A stretch of 63,111 nt of DNA, counting the filler, from Chiloscyllium plagiosum (taxonomy: Eukaryota), in NCBI RefSeq assembly GCF_004010195.1. It is 5 parts of one record of this genome, joined end to end, with 100 filler letters (N's around TTAATTAATTAA, not from the genome) between each part and the next. Parts side by side here need not be neighbours in the genome. Positions count along the whole stretch, not along the records: positions 1 to 29,878 come from NC_057717.1; 4 more parts are not named here. One strand, 5' to 3'. Positions 12,922 to 26,630 of this stretch are shown here, in pieces (positions within the stretch are counted from its first letter, which is position 1; every line of letters begins with the position of its first letter). The notes beneath the pieces were generated by a model. The model saw only the letters and a program-made list of their open reading frames with translations, had not been told where the DNA came from and did not search any database. Position numbers and translations under genes: made by a program.

Positions 12922-15599
12922 ATAACTACTTTCTCTTTCGCATTTCTTGGGGCCATTTTTTCCGTTTCAGATAACTTGGCCGGGAAGCTGACTTGAGCTT
13001 TGGCAAATTCACTCTTAGCTAGATTTAGCAACAAACCTGCTCCCCAAAATTGATCAAACAACACTGATAAATGTTGTGAATGTTCCTTCCATGAATGATT
13101 AAAAATTACCTGGTCAACAATAAGGACCACACAGTTGGCAGTGACTTTATTAGTCAGTCTCTGCAATATGGTTGGCGCATTTGTCATACCATATCGCCTG
13201 GTTTTGAACTGTACAGTTCAATAGGTGTAATGAAATCCGAATCTGCTTTGCTTTCATCATCAGAGATAATTGCTAATAGCCTCTAACCAAGTCCAACCTA
13301 GAAATGCATGCTCGTTGGCCCAGTTTCTCAACACAGTCGACCAACCACAGAAGTCGATATACATCAGTCTAATCGCTTATATTTACGTCATACACAACTA
13401 GATTACTAATCCCCAGTTTATTTCTGCATGTCTCCACATATGACGTTCATATCGTTTTCAGGTTGTTTCGATTTTCTTGCTGAAAGTAACTTAATAATTT
13501 ATCTCAATTTTGACAACATCTCCTTGATTTGACTAATGTCCAATACAGAATACTCTGAACATAGTTCTTTCCTTCCCATGCTTTTGAGCATGTAGTGATG
13601 ACACACTTTGTGAGAGTTCTCTCTGTCTGGAGCCCCTATCAAGTAATTCACCTCACTCAATTTCCTCTCTATTTGAGAAGCGTCACGAAAACTTGCTTTT
13701 CAATGTTTAACTATTACAAAGTAACTTCGGATTAGCTGACATGTATGGCATGTCAGGAAAAATCCAACTAAATTCTTGCGTAGTCCAGGAGAGTAAAAAT
13801 GTCCTTGTATTATGGTCTGTGTTTTCCTCAATTGTCAATTACCTCCAAGTAGTAGCTCATGTGCTACTCTCCGCACCTCCGTTCTATGCCTACTGGCAAA
13901 CCAATTTGATGTGCCTGTGACCAATTCTCGTCTGTTTCAATACGTGACGGTTTCCATTTCCTCATTAAGACACGACTTGTTAAGTAATAACAGACACAGG
14001 GAAGCAAATATACTCCTTCTCTACATGCTTTTGTTATAAACGCTTTAAGATTTCATCTTCCTGCTGCAACTCAATAGACTCAGCAGAGCTAAAGATACTT
14101 GCATTTTTACTTATTTTCTCCTGTTCATTCGCACTTGCATAATCAAACAAAGTCTCTGAGAAAGCTGTTTCAGCTTACTTATCTGTGCCTTTTGATTTCT
14201 CCTACTTCAGCTTGTGATTCTGCGATCGTGTTACTACACAATGAGGTAATACTCCTGAATAAATGTTCTGAATTTCTTCAGTTGCTTGCATCTCCACTGC
14301 CATTTCAACTCCAGCGGGCAGCACAACTACCGGTGAATCAAATAGATCATTTGCGAGGAGAAACTGTATCCCTGGAGCTGAGAGTTTGTCAAGGATCCCT
14401 ACCACAAATTCTACATTCTTCTCTTGACATTGTAGCCTCACTTTACATGACTGAGCACTTGTCCTCTCACCATGAATTCCTGTTACCAATAACTTTCCCA
14501 GCAATACATTTTCAGGAAGACAAATCCCCTCATCTTCCATGCGTTGCAGACTGAGATGATCTTGTATCCCCTCAAATTGTAACCTCTTCGCCTGCTACTC
14601 CAGACCTATGTGAATAAGCTTTACGTCTGTTTGATTTTTTTTAAACAGACCTGGCATTTTCTCCCTAATCTACCCATGATTCCGCTTTCTAGCTTCCATT
14701 GGAATTTCTGTCACCATGCCAACAAAACATACAGTGTTATCTTATTTTCCTACATCTGGCTTTCTCCAAGCCTACCAACATTGTGGTTTTATTTGACTAA
14801 CATTATTACAATTAAAGCACTGGAGCTTTTTGCCTTCTTTGTACCAGTCAAGGGTTTTCCTTTTACCCTGTGGTAAATTCTCCTTGCCATCGTCTCTGAG
14901 ATCTATCCCTTTTCACGTGAGGATTTCTTTTTACACCAACTTCTAATTATTTCCAACGAAATTGATTCTGGAAGCCAACCCTTTTTTTTTTAGAGGAACC
15001 CATAATAATCAGCCACTTCAGCTTCTAAACTTGCCGTTCTAACTCTCTGCTCTTCCACATTAGTATGCCCTCCTTCCTTGCTAACGTTATATTCAGCCGT
15101 CATCTCCACCTTTTTATGCTGACTTCCGTATTTGAGTGTCAACTTCTAATGTTCAAACGCTCTCTCTTTTTCTCTCACCTCTGCTTCGCTGTTTTGCCCT
15201 CCTTTCTACTTGTAATCGTAACACAACCTGTTTCAATTTTGCTGCCCTTTCTTTATCTTTCGCCTCTAACTTCTGTCTCTTCATTTGCAATTGAAGTATT
15301 ACCACCACAATAGATCCCAATAGTGTTTCCAGCATTTTAAACGTAGTGCTACTGTTGTAATTAAGTCTCCTTTCCACACAGAAGGAGGCAGGCCCAACCC
15401 CAGATTGTCTTCTAATTCCTGCAGCTTCGCCATAATCACCTGTTGCAAAACTACCAAGTTCACCCTGTCCACCGCCAAAAAAAAACTCCTGGCGACTGCA
15501 AGAGCAATCGCTATCCCACTTTTGACTACACAAACACGCGAAATAAACAGACTAGCACATAACACTGGCTGTTGAAAATCGTACAAAAAGCCAGTACCT

Positions 15600-16220
15600 T
15601 CTGAACTAGGTCAGACCAGTCAAAACATTCTTCAGCAGGCAGCGCAGACTGTAATATTGTAATTTGTGTCGTGAAGTGTACAGTTGAAAATTACCCAGAG
15701 CAGTAAGCTAGGTTGATTTCCAGGTTTTAAAACAGACAACCATGTGTTCACAAAATTGTGGAATGAAACACAAAGAGCAGAATATCGAATATCCGCAGAA
15801 CTCAATCTGTCGAAATTCGACTTAATTATGCTGTTCCGAATGTACACAACAGTCCCAATAAACAAACCCGTTTATCACAGATCAAAGAAAATGAAACCAG
15901 AGATTGCAGGACAAAGTTAGAATGGGAGAAGGCGAGAGAGTCTAGCAGTGTGTTTCCTTACAGCCCACAGTTGAACTGACTCAATCAACAATTCAGCTAT
16001 TAGGACTGGCCACTCCACTATCATTACACAGATCACTTCAAAAAGATACGCTTTAGCCTAAAGTCTCATCTGTTTACATATAAATAGAAAGGCTTCCTAA
16101 TACACTTGCATCTCTGTATCAAACTGGATTGTTACACGACCCTTATGAAAAAATAAAACAATTACAATGTATCCTTCAGAAAAGGAACAGCTTTTAGGAA
16201 AAAAGGACTAGCTTTCTGAC
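15600..16220 (-). mobile_element. Probable 5' LTR of the Gmr1-like element
   Basis: Non-coding block directly upstream of gag, beginning TGTCAG on the minus strand at 16220. A matching 3' LTR was not recognised. Confidence 0.4.
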
Positions 16221-17199
16221 ATCTCTCCAACTTTGTGTGGACAGGGATGTGAAGAAATTCATAAAGGGCTGTTTTAGTGCGAATGCTCTTCTCCAGAAGT
16301 TTGTAGTGCTTGTGTTTTTTTTTTGCATTTATTCAAAGTTGTGTCGCTTAGATGTTGCACAGACAAAAGTTGTTGAAGTACAGATGTGAAATTGAGGCTG
16401 AGACCACAACCAGTTTATTTACAATCATTGTGCCTGGTGGAGAACGCTCAAAGTGGCTAATTACCTACTTCCTGCTCCTCAGTCCAGTTTCTCCTTGTTC
16501 CGTTCAGCCCCTGAAACATGCTACACAAGAGCAGTTAGAGGCGAGTTACTCAAATAATCTGGTGCACAGACCCGGAGACCATTCTGCGCCTGAAAACGGT
16601 CACATGCTGTTTGGTGTGAGCTTGGAAAATATTCTTGGGGAACGAAGGAGCAGATGACGCTGCGAAACAGTTTTTTTCATGTGTTGGTCATGTTGTAGAC
16701 GAATATTCACTGAAAATAGCTCCCATAACACACCCAGGGATGATTCACAGAATCCTGTGCTCTCTCTGACTGCAATATCCAAGAACAGACCATCCAGGAA
16801 AATAACTTCCCAATAACCGAATAAAAGAACATAGGAAACACGAGAAGGTCGTTCAGCCCCTCAAGCATGTCTTTCTATTCCAGCAGATCATTGCTGATCT
16901 GTTCTTGGCCTCAAGTAATATTCAATGTCCAATCTATTCAGCCCTCAACTCTCTGATGCGTCAAGTATCCATTGTAACCGCCTTCCAAACATCTCGATGA
17001 TCAATCTTCCCAGCTCTCTGGAATAGAGAAATCTCATCAATCACTCCCCTTGATGTGAAGGAAACACTCTCCAGACATCCACGTGTCCTATTGACATCAA
17101 CAAAAGATATGAACATAATGTAAGAGTGACTGTCACTGGTATCACGGCAGTATTTCACTGAACAAGGCGCCAAAGATCTGAACAAAATGCAATTTAACG

Positions 17200-17520
17200 G
17201 GAATCAGTTGTAAAACCCTTCTGGTTGCGTCAATCGGAACACAATGTGGCTGGTAGGTTTCAGTCTTCTCAGTCTATGAGATCACGAAGGAAATTTCTCA
17301 GGATAGCTTCCTCAGCACAAAAGTCTTCAGCAGCTTCATCAATGCCTTTCCCTCTGTCACAAGATAAGTTGTGAGGGTATTAAGTTCGACCACACAATGA
17401 ATAGATAAATTTCTCAATTCCACAGGTACTGAAGTATAAAATGAGGACTACATTCAAAGTTGTGGTGTTAACGTGTCGGTAATACTCATGTAAGTGTACA
17501 GCTCAGCAAGCACATTTCCA
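17200..17520 (+). mobile_element. Degenerate non-LTR RT fragment (CR1/L2 group)
   Basis: TCTCAGGATAGCTTCCTCAGCACAAAAGTCTTCAGCAGCTTCATCAATGCCTTTCCC resembles the PQGSVLGP..F..FIND motif. Confidence 0.4.
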
Positions 17521-17689
17521 CACTAAAAAAGAGGAGATCATTCAGCATCTCAAGCTGGATTGACAGGAATCTGAGAAAGCTATTACGCCCATCAATGCCA
17601 GTGGATAAGAAGAGGCACAGCCCATTCACACTCTCCTGCCTATTACACTAGAAGTGTTTATAAGAAAAAAACTCAAATGTTCGAATCCA

Positions 17690-20355
17690 AAGTAGACATG
17701 CAGGAAAGTGGAATAACTCAACAAGCCAGACAGCATCAGGAGTTGGAGAAATCAACGCCTTGGGTATAATTGTTCTTCAGGCCGAGGCGCCGGCATTAGG
17801 GGAGCTGCAGATTAAGAGGCGGGGGGAAGGATGAGGAGGCAGGATGGAGGGCTGGGGATAAGTGAACGCAGGTAGAGTGCATGCGTTGTTCATGGGAGGA
17901 ATGAATCTGGTTTGTAGTTCGAATAAGGGTTTATCAGAGGAATGGAAGGAAGGGGAGGCTTTGGGAACGGAGGTTAGAGGTTTAACGGGAGTATATTTGA
18001 AGTTGGAAGACTGAATTTGGAGTCCTCTGGGCTGTAGGCTGCGCTGGCGGCAGATAAGGTATTGTTCCTCCAAAGTGCTTTTGTCGTTCGCTGTGGTAAT
18101 GGAGATCGTGAAAGATGCTTATGTTCAATAGGGATTGAGAGTGCGAATTGAAATAGATGCGGACCGGACAGTCTGATCATCCCTTAGGGACCCAGCTGCG
18201 ATGCTCAGCAAAACATTCACTTAGTTTACGTTTGGTCGTCCATATGTACAGAAGATCTCATCTGGAGCACCAGATGAGGTCCATGAAATAGGATCCCACC
18301 AACTGTCACATTGTCCACACGCAGCTTTCCCTTTTGTAATATTCGGTTTGTGCTACATTCCCCACAAATCACTACACTGCAGGTATGTCTCCTACAACCG
18401 GATAGATATATGGCCTTCTCGCACAATATCTCTTTCACCTCCATCCAGTGCCTCTAACAGAACTTCCAGGTTCAGGCAGAGGATCGTCTCCCTCTCTTCT
18501 CACCTGTTTTACTGCATTCAGTGTTTCCGATCTTATGTTTTCTCCATCACGGAGACCAAATATAAACGAAGGGCACATTTTGCTGTGCATCACAGGTGGG
18601 CCCGCAGGGCAGACCTGATCTTCTACTCACCACCAATTTCAAAATCCCCAACCACTCTTTCGCAGATGTAAACAGACCTGGCCTCCTCTATTCCAAAAGT
18701 GAGTCTGACAACAAATGGAGATTAAGTTGTGCCTCAGAAAACTTATCGAATCCTTTGAGAAGGTGGACAAATAGGTTGATAAAGGTAAAGCGGTTGATGT
18801 GGTGTATATAGATTTCAGTAATACTTTTGATAAGTTTCCCCAAGGTAGGGCATTGCACAAAATACAGATGCATGGGATTGAGGGAGATTTATTGCTTTAT
18901 ATCAGAGGTTGTCCAGCTGAAAGAAGACAGAGGATGGCGATTGAGGTTGTCCAGCTGAAAGAAGACAGAGGATGGCGATTGATGGGAAATGTTCATCCTG
19001 GAGTTCAACTCCTAGTGGTGTACCGCAAGGACCTGTTTTGGGGCAACTGCTGTTTGTCATTTTTGTAAGTGACCTGAATGAGTGCACAGAAGGATGGGTG
19101 AGTGAAATTTGCGGATGATATGAAGGTCGATGGCGTTGTCGATAGGGCTGGAGGATGCTACAGGTAACAGAGGGACAGAGATAAACTGCCGAGCTGGTCT
19201 GGGAGGAGACAAGGGAGATTAATGCGGAAAAGTATGAGGTGATTCAGTTTGCAAAGATCAAAGGAGTACATTGTACGGTTTTAATTGTAAGATCCTTGGT
19301 AGTGTAGATGAGCAGTGAAATCTCAGTGTCCATGTACATCTATCCCTGAAAGTTGCCACGCAGATTGGTGCATTTGTTAAGAATGCATACGATGCCCTAA
19401 CCTTTAATTGATAGAGGGATTGTGTTTTGGAACGACTAGGTCATGCTGAGCTTTACAAAACTCTGAGTGTTGTGTACAGCACTGGTCACCGCAATATCGA
19501 AAGGATGCGAAAGCTTTGGAATGGGTTCAGAGGAGATTGATTTACGAGGATGTTGCTTGTTACGGAGAGAAGTTCTTAATAGTAAAAACGCAGAAGATTG
19601 TGGCTGTTTTCGTCAGAGAGAAGAGGTTGAGAGGGAAAGTAATTGAGACATACAAGATAATCAGAGGGTTAGATGGGGAGAAGTGAGAGTGTTTTGCTTG
19701 GATAGTGATAGCTCGCACGATAGGCACAGCTTTAAATTGAGGGACGATAGATTAAGGACAGATGTCAGGTGCAGTCTCTTTACTGAGAGAGTCGAATGGG
19801 CGTGTAACACGCTGCCTACAACTGTGGTAAACTAGTCAAAACGGTCACTGGATAGACATACGAATAAAAACCGAATAGTGTGGGTTTTAATGGCTTCAAA
19901 TTGGTTTCACAGATCGGAGCAACATTGCGGGCCGAAGGACTTGAACTGTACTGCAATGTTCAATGTTCTCACAGCTTACATTCCACCTTGGCAAGTCTAC
20001 AATCTGGAGGACTCAGCAATAAGTTCTCCAATTTCAAATACTCTTCCCAAACATGCCCCAACTCCCTTTCCAGTCTCACGTCCTGCCTTCCATTCCACCG
20101 AATCGCCCTGTCTCCCAGCTACCTCCCAGATTCACCCCTCCCATCAACCGATCAAGTTGAACCCACGACCTCTGTTCGCCTATTCCTACCTCATCATTCT
20201 ACTGTTTTCGCCACCCGAACCATTCCTTCCCTCTTTAACTGAGGGGCTCCTAAACCACCCTAAGTCCTGAAGAACGGTTTTACCTGAAATGTTGACTTCT
20301 CCATCTCATGTTGCTGCCTATCGTGCAGAGTCCTTCAATCCTCCTGTTTGCCTCC
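17690..20355. mobile_element. Old palindromic PLE (minus arm 17690-18290; plus arm 18310-18720 and 19975-20355) split by a CR1
   Basis: Minus-strand ORF EEQYLICRQRSLQPRGLQIQSSNFK. Plus-strand GIY-YIG-like LFYCIQCFRS..SITETKYKRRAHFAVH. The plus arm resumes after the CR1 and ends in a hammerhead-type terminus CTGAAGAACGGTTTACCTGAAATGT (~20267). Confidence 0.7.
18735..19970 (+). mobile_element. CR1 LINE 3' portion, degenerate
   Basis: VYIDFSNTFDKFPQGR, GTACCGCAAGGACCTGTTTTGGGG (VPQG.VLG), TTTGCGGATGAT (FADD) and a 3' tail. Contains a perfect 38-bp tandem duplication at 18905-18980. Confidence 0.85.
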
Positions 20356-20899
20356 AATTACAAAGGAATTTAAGGAGTCCAGTGAGTCCAGCACGCTGAG
20401 AAGGAGGAGCCACGGATCGTGCAATACTGTCATTGAACGTCTTCCCTGGGACACGGGGAAGGTCATTCAGCCACTTGAGACACTAACACATTACAGAAGA
20501 GGCCATTCAGCACCTCCATACTGAAACACAATTGCAGGAGGTTGACATTGATGCTCCGAGATGACAATCCAATGAAACAGAGACTGCACAAGAAGATTTC
20601 TCCACATTACTCCTCCTGGCTCTGATGCTAATGGTACATACGTGTTACGTTAATATAGTTTGTGCCAAGTCACAACGAGGCATCTTCCATCTCGGAGAAT
20701 ATAGGTTAGTGCTCGGTTTGGAAATCAGAAGCGGGTGGGAATGTCTAACTCTTTCAGAGAGTGGTTGTTGACAGACTTGTGAAAAATATGACTCTTGATG
20801 CAGGGACACACAGCAACTACGCATTGAGACAGTGAGAGACATTTAAAGCCTGAAGCTCTTACTCGCACAACATTGGGCTCAATGCAGCAAATATCTTAC

Positions 20900-21600
20900 A
20901 GTCATAGAGTCCGACAGACCGGAGACAGGTTCTTCAGCCCAAACTAGTCCTTGCCGACGAAAATGTACATCCACGCTTACCGCATTTTCCTGCACTTGAA
21001 CCCACATTTTAAACATTTCCTTTCTATGTCTTTATCCAAATGTGAAAACGCGAATTGCACGAAAACATGTGTTATATTTCACGCTATCAATGTTTCGTTT
21101 CTGAATTAACGGCTGTTGGTCCAAAGCACTCAAGTTTTAATATAAACATCTTTTATTCAGTTATAACCATCCAGACTACAACCACGTTTCCTTCACGCTT
21201 TCCGCATGGGACCATCACCAAAGACATTATTCTGGTGAATCTACTTTGCATTGTACCTCTGTGGAAAGAAGATCATTCATTTAAAAGATGGGAACATCTG
21301 TACACAGTGTTACAAGTACTGTCATAACAGCACATTACTACTATAGGAAGGCATATTCACCCCTGTACTTTAATAATTTTGCCATGAAGGATAGCACATC
21401 ATGGAATGTGCAGATTACTTGCTGCCCTTTGTGAATTCTGTCATTGAATCATCACGAAGGCCAACCAGTTCATTTTCGCCAAGACCACGTCCGATCCTCT
21501 AACCTTTTAGTAAATACAAAATTTGGAATGATCGTATATTTTGCCAAAACATTACTCTACCTTGCAAACAGCTCTGCTTCAAGCACAACCACATTATCAG
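20900..21600 (-). mobile_element. CR1 LINE 3' fragments, highly degenerate
   Basis: CATAGAGTC...CTTCAGCCC terminal signature plus residual reverse-complement RT-tail similarity. Confidence 0.5.
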
Positions 21601-22146
21601 CAACAACAAAGTTGCCAACGAAGATGTTTGGAGATGCTGGAAGGCCNNNNNNNNNNNNNNNNNNNNNNNNNNNNNNNNNNNNNNNNNNNNNNNNNNNNNN
21701 NNNNNNNNNNNNNNNNNNNNNNNNNNNNNNNNNNNNNNNNNNNNNNNNNNNNNNNNNNNNNNNNNNNNNNNNNNNNNNNNNNNNNNNNNNNNNNNNNNNN
21801 NNNNNNNNNNNNNNNNNNNNNNNNNNNNNNNNNNNNNNNNNNNNNNNNNNNNNNNNNNNNNNNNNNNNNNNNNNNNNNNNNNNNNNNNNNNNNNNNNNNN
21901 NNNNNNNNNNNNNNNNNNNNNNNNNNNNNNNNNNNNNNNNNNNNNNNNNNNNNNNNNNNNNNNNNNNNNNNNNNNNNNNNNNNNNNNNNNNNNNNNNNNN
22001 NNNNNNNNNNNNNNNNNNNNNNNNNNNNNNNNNNNNNNNNNNNNNNNNNNNNNNNNNNNNNNNNNNNNNNNNNNNNNNNNNNNNNNNNNNNNNNNNNNNN
22101 NNNNNNNNNNNNNNNNNNNNNNNNNNNNNNNNNNNNNNNNNNNNNN

Positions 22147-22270
22147 AAGGGTTTATGCCAGTAACGTCGATTCTTCTGTTCAATTGATGCTGCCTAACCT
22201 GCTGCGCTTTTCCAGCAACACATTTTTCAACTCTGATCACCAGCATCTGCAGTCCTCACTTTCTCCTCCT
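22147..22270 (+). mobile_element. PLE family B terminus (cut by gap)
   Basis: AAGGGTTTATGCCAGTAACGTCGATTC...CAGCATCTGCAGTCCTCACTTTCTCCT. Confidence 0.75.
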
Positions 22271-24170
22271 CGCGATGAAACCATGCTGACTTTGCCCTAT
22301 TTTACAGTTCCAAGTATTCAGAAATCTCATTCTCCACAGTGGATTCCGAGTTCTTATCCATCACCAAAATAAGGCTAATTGGTCTGCAATTTTCCGTCTT
22401 CTACTATACTTTGTTTTGAAACAGTGGTGCTACTTTAGCATTTTGCCAGTCCTGTGGGATCTTGCCTGATTGCAGTGATTTGTGAAAGGTCACTGCTGAT
22501 GGCTCCACTGTCTCTTCATCTATCTCCATTCGAAGTCTGGGGTGTAGCCCATCTCGTGAAGACGATGTATTTAGCTTCAGGTCATTCAGTTTTTCAAGCA
22601 CCATCTCCTTGGAGCCGGCCAGCATTGTCAATTCTTCCCCGTCACTCTTTTGAATCTTTGGAATATTACTCATGCCTTCCCACGCGAAGACGGATGCCAA
22701 GTCATTACTAAGCTCCTTAGCAATTTCTTTGTTGCCCATTACTTTATCTCCTGTGTCATTTTCCAGCAGAATAATGAGCATCTCTGCCTCTCTTTTGCAC
22801 TTTATGGATCGAAATAAATTCTTAGAGTTTTCGTTTCTATTCCTGGCTAGCTTACCCTCCTAAAAATACTCTACATCCTTATTTCTGATTTTGTTGCCCT
22901 TTGTTTGTCTTCGTATGGATCCCAATCATCTGGTTTCCCACTGCCCTTGGTCACATTCTGTGCTTTCTCTTTCGCTTTTACGCTGTTCCTGACTTCCCAA
23001 GGCAACCGTGGTTGCCTCATCCTCCCTGTACCATGCTTCTTTTTCGTTGGAATGAATCTCTGCTATATCTCCTGAATTACTCCCAGACCTTCTGCCAAAT
23101 GCTATTCCACATTTTTTTTTCCTCTTGGGCCCCTCTCTCATTCAATTGTACCCATATCCTTCCTCATGCCTCTGCCGTTGCCTTTATTCCGCTCTAATAA
23201 GTTTACCTCTGATTCTATTTTCTTCCTCTCAAATTCAAGCATGGTATGATCACTGCCGCCTCACGACTCCTTCATCTTAAGTTCCCTTATCAAGTCTTCC
23301 TCATTGCACACATTAAATGTAGTGTTGCCTGTCCCTGGTGGGCTCCATCAGAAACTGCTCCAAAAAGTCACTTTGTAGATATTTCTTAAATTTATTTTCT
23401 TGCAAACCACTACCAACTTGATTTTCCCTGACCAACTGAGCATTTAAATCCTATATGGTGACTAACTTTGCCTTTGCTTCACAGATTTTCTTTCTCTTGG
23501 GTATATTGCACCCCAGCTCCTGACTACTATTTGGAGGCTTGTTCGTAACCCCAACTATTTCTGTTTTGTAGCTTTTGCGGTTTTTCAATTCTACCCATGA
23601 CGACCCTGCGCGATCTGACATATTTTCTTCTTTTGTTATCGATACAATTCCATTTCTTCCGAAAAATGCAGCCCTGCCCCTAATGTCCAGCTGCCCACCT
23701 TTTCGATAGGATGCACATCCTTGAATATTCAGCTCCCCATCTTGATCACCTTTCAGCCACGTCTCCGTGATGCCCGGCACATCATAACTTGCAGTTTCGA
23801 CCTGCGAGATAAACTCATTTACCTTATTACTTATATCACGTGCAATCAAGTATACCATCTTCAGTCCTGTGTTAAGGATTCCTCTTCTCATTATCATTCA
23901 TTTATCCAGTGACTTGAAGTTTACTTGCTGACCATTTCCATAAACTCAGTCCTATTTGTGTCTGTGCTAGAGAGTTTAAAAACGTGTTTGAATTAGGCAC
24001 TTCTATTTCTCCTTTTTAAATTCCGGTTTATTCCGAACACTCAACTCCATCACTCGTAATCATTTTATAGCCCTGTCTACAGCCTCAGTTTGCGACTCAC
24101 TTGGAGTGTCGCCCCAGCATTGTTCAAATGAATACTGTCCCATCAGAACAGGTTGCTTCATCCCCAGTAA
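22271..24170 (-). mobile_element. CR1 LINE: end of ORF1, APE endonuclease and start of RT, degenerate
   Basis: ORF 23451..23897 YLIARDISNKVNE...GITETWLKGDQDGELNIQG is APE domains I-II. ORF 22404..22781 contains DGLHPRL...SGKIPQDWQNAKVAPLF. Confidence 0.85.
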
Positions 24171-25059
24171 TAAAATGCGTGTATTCAGCAAAAAACACAG
24201 GGTCGAAATAACTTTATGTACTTACCAAATTATGAAAAGTACAGAAAGGTAAGGTGGTTAAAATATACTCATAATATTGAGCTATATGAATTGAAATGTG
24301 TATTACAAAATCATGGAAGTTCTGTGCAAACTTTATCAATCATTGTTTGAACAACAGCTGAGATTATTATTTTCCCCTCTGTCAGTGATCACCTCACTGA
24401 GACTCTCTGGCCCAATCTCTCACACAGTGTTTAGGGGAGGTTATTATTTCCTGCTGCTGTTGGCCCAGTCAGTTTTAATTAATCCATCTTCTCCCTGGAA
24501 CTAATCTATTGGTCTACTGGATTCCGTTTAGCTGTCAGCAATTCAGTTCTGTCATATTATTGGAGATAAATGACCTGGGATATCAACCAGTATTAGCAGG
24601 ATGCTCACAGGGTAAGTGAACAGACAGAGATGGAGACTTTGGGACTTTCGAAATCAATTTTCCTTCTCATCTATTTCTCCTCATGCTTTCTCCTAATCTG
24701 TCTAACTTCATTCTCGTTTAACACCCCTTCCTCTCGCCCAGTCTGTCACTACCTTTTTCTCTGCACTTTGCTCATCTCCCTTCAGTTTCTTTCTCTCTGT
24801 CACTCTCTGTCTCTCACACACACATATTCTCACTCTCTCGATTACCAATCACTCCGTTTTCAGCTAGTGAAGCTGGAGAGCTCGTGGAAGCGCGATGGGC
24901 TGAATAGACTCCATCTGTGCTGCGACCCACAAAAATGAATTAATGTGCCTGGAGAGACAAACTGTCCAGTGAAGGACATCGTGCATAAACAACTATTATC
25001 TCTTCTCCTGATATGCAGGGGCAAACAACAAAAATTAAAGTTCGAGCAGGCAGAACGAC

Positions 25060-26630
25060 TTTCACGAGATATTGCAATCAGGATGTAAGAAAGAGTTCCC
25101 ACACATCAAATGTATGTTTCTCTGATAGCTGCTCCTGCCAAATAACTCCCTCGAGCTCCCGCCTTGTACTGAGTTATTTGCCTTCCACAAATTCAGTAGC
25201 TTCACCCAAACTCCAGACGTATCCATTGTCTTAGCTATCTTAATATTAAGGAGCTGTGATCATCGTTTCCAAAATGCTCTCCTCCTGCATGTTCAGTCAC
25301 CTAGCTCGCCTCATTAGCCAATCCGAGAGCCAGCATAGCCCTTGCTCTTGTTGTACTATTCACAAGCTGTTGCAAGTAAGCCTCTTGAATGCATTAACAA
25401 TTTCTGCCCCGTCTCAGCCTGTTGTTCCAAAGTAGCTCTAGTCAATATTGTGAATGTCCAACTCAACCACTATGACAAGTCTGTTTTTCATGCACCTTTC
25501 CATAATTGGATGACATATGTGTTTCTCAATGTCTCGGTGGCTGTTGAGGGGACCCCAAGTATAATCCTGACACAGTAATTTCTTCCATTTATATTTGAAC
25601 TGTACCTGTACTGCTGTAGTGTTTGAACACTCCAGTATGTCCTCTCTGAATGCAGGTGTAACATATTCCCCGATCCATAATGCAACTCATCCACCTTTTA
25701 ACTTTGCTTTTTACGTCGTCTAAAACAAAAGAACGGGGAAAGTTGAGCAGCCAGTGCTGTCCCCTTCTCAACGAAATCCCTACAATGGTCATACATACTC
25801 CTATGTAAGGTTTTAGGCTCTAAGTTCATCTACATTACCAGTAATGCTCCTTGCATTGAAATAAGCACAGTTCAGCCCAAATCCCTCAGATAATGACCTG
25901 TTAATTAGTTTGAGTTTCCATGATGGAAATTATTCTCCTCTATTATCCGGAGGCAGGAGATCACGAAATATTAAATCAGGAAAGTATTCTGAACAGACAA
26001 TTCTAATTTTCTCCCTCGTCCATTAAATCTCAAGTTTGGATTCTGCATGTTGTCCAATTCAAATAAAGTGTTGGATAATTATTTTGAAGAATAATTATTC
26101 AAGCAATTGTCTCCAGCCACTCACTGCAAATTCTGGAACTCTTTCTGGACCAATTGGATTGACTGGTCATTTTCCCTCTCCCAATCTAATCTCTGTAATA
26201 TTGTCAATGTAGTTATATACACTCAACTAAGCTCCACGATCATCTCTCTTACCTGTCATAAACTTCACATTAAAATCAGCACACTTCAGACTGCCAGTCC
26301 CACTGTTTTAGTAGCTTCTGCCTGTTTGTTGCTGGTCTTAGCTGTACGGATGTTAGTCTCTTGCTCCTCCTCTATCACTGTACTTGTCTACCTGCTGCTT
26401 TGGTTCCCACTCCCTCCTGCCACACTCATTTAAACCCTCCAGATTGACAGTAGTAAACCTGCCTGCTAGGAGATTGCTGCCAGTTCAGATGCATCTCGTT
26501 CTTCTTGTGTAGGTCCGCCCGACACGTGAATCCCATTGATCCACCTGTTGGAAGAGCTGCCTCTTCTCCCAGCAATTTGGCCATGTGCTTTACTGTCCTT
26601 CAATCCCTAAACAAACCGGCAGTAGCATAT
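25060..26630 (-). mobile_element. Older CR1 endonuclease/ORF1 fragments
   Basis: rc ACAGCCACCGAGACATTG (TETW-like), and TTTAAACCCTCC / TTCTTCTTGTGTAGGTCC correspond to the ORF1 esterase tail. Confidence 0.5.

Larger units (their letters stand above)
11600..16220 (-). mobile_element. Gmr1-like Gypsy LTR retrotransposon relic (gag-PR-IN-RT-RH order)
   Basis: On the minus strand, in order: gag-like (15450-14900); protease region with GIQFLLANDL (14540-14300); integrase zinc finger AHE..GG..RKTQ..IQGHFYSPGL...CHTCQL (13865-13735); integrase C-terminal QIERKLSEVNYLI.APDR...VCH.YMLK (13690-13575); RT (SWKEHSQHLSVLF...LNLAKSEFAKAQV, 13187-12935); RNase H (IGYFSRPLNVHQQKYST, ~11850-11770). Confidence 0.8.

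Noticed and set aside
14099..14554. 151-aa plus-strand ORF
   Set aside because: It is the antisense shadow of the Gypsy protease region.
7081..24940. Possible host exons (GTAAGT donors at 7204 and 24612; pyrimidine tract and CAG at 24863)
   Set aside because: No recognisable coding sequence, and isolated splice-like motifs are not enough without transcript data.
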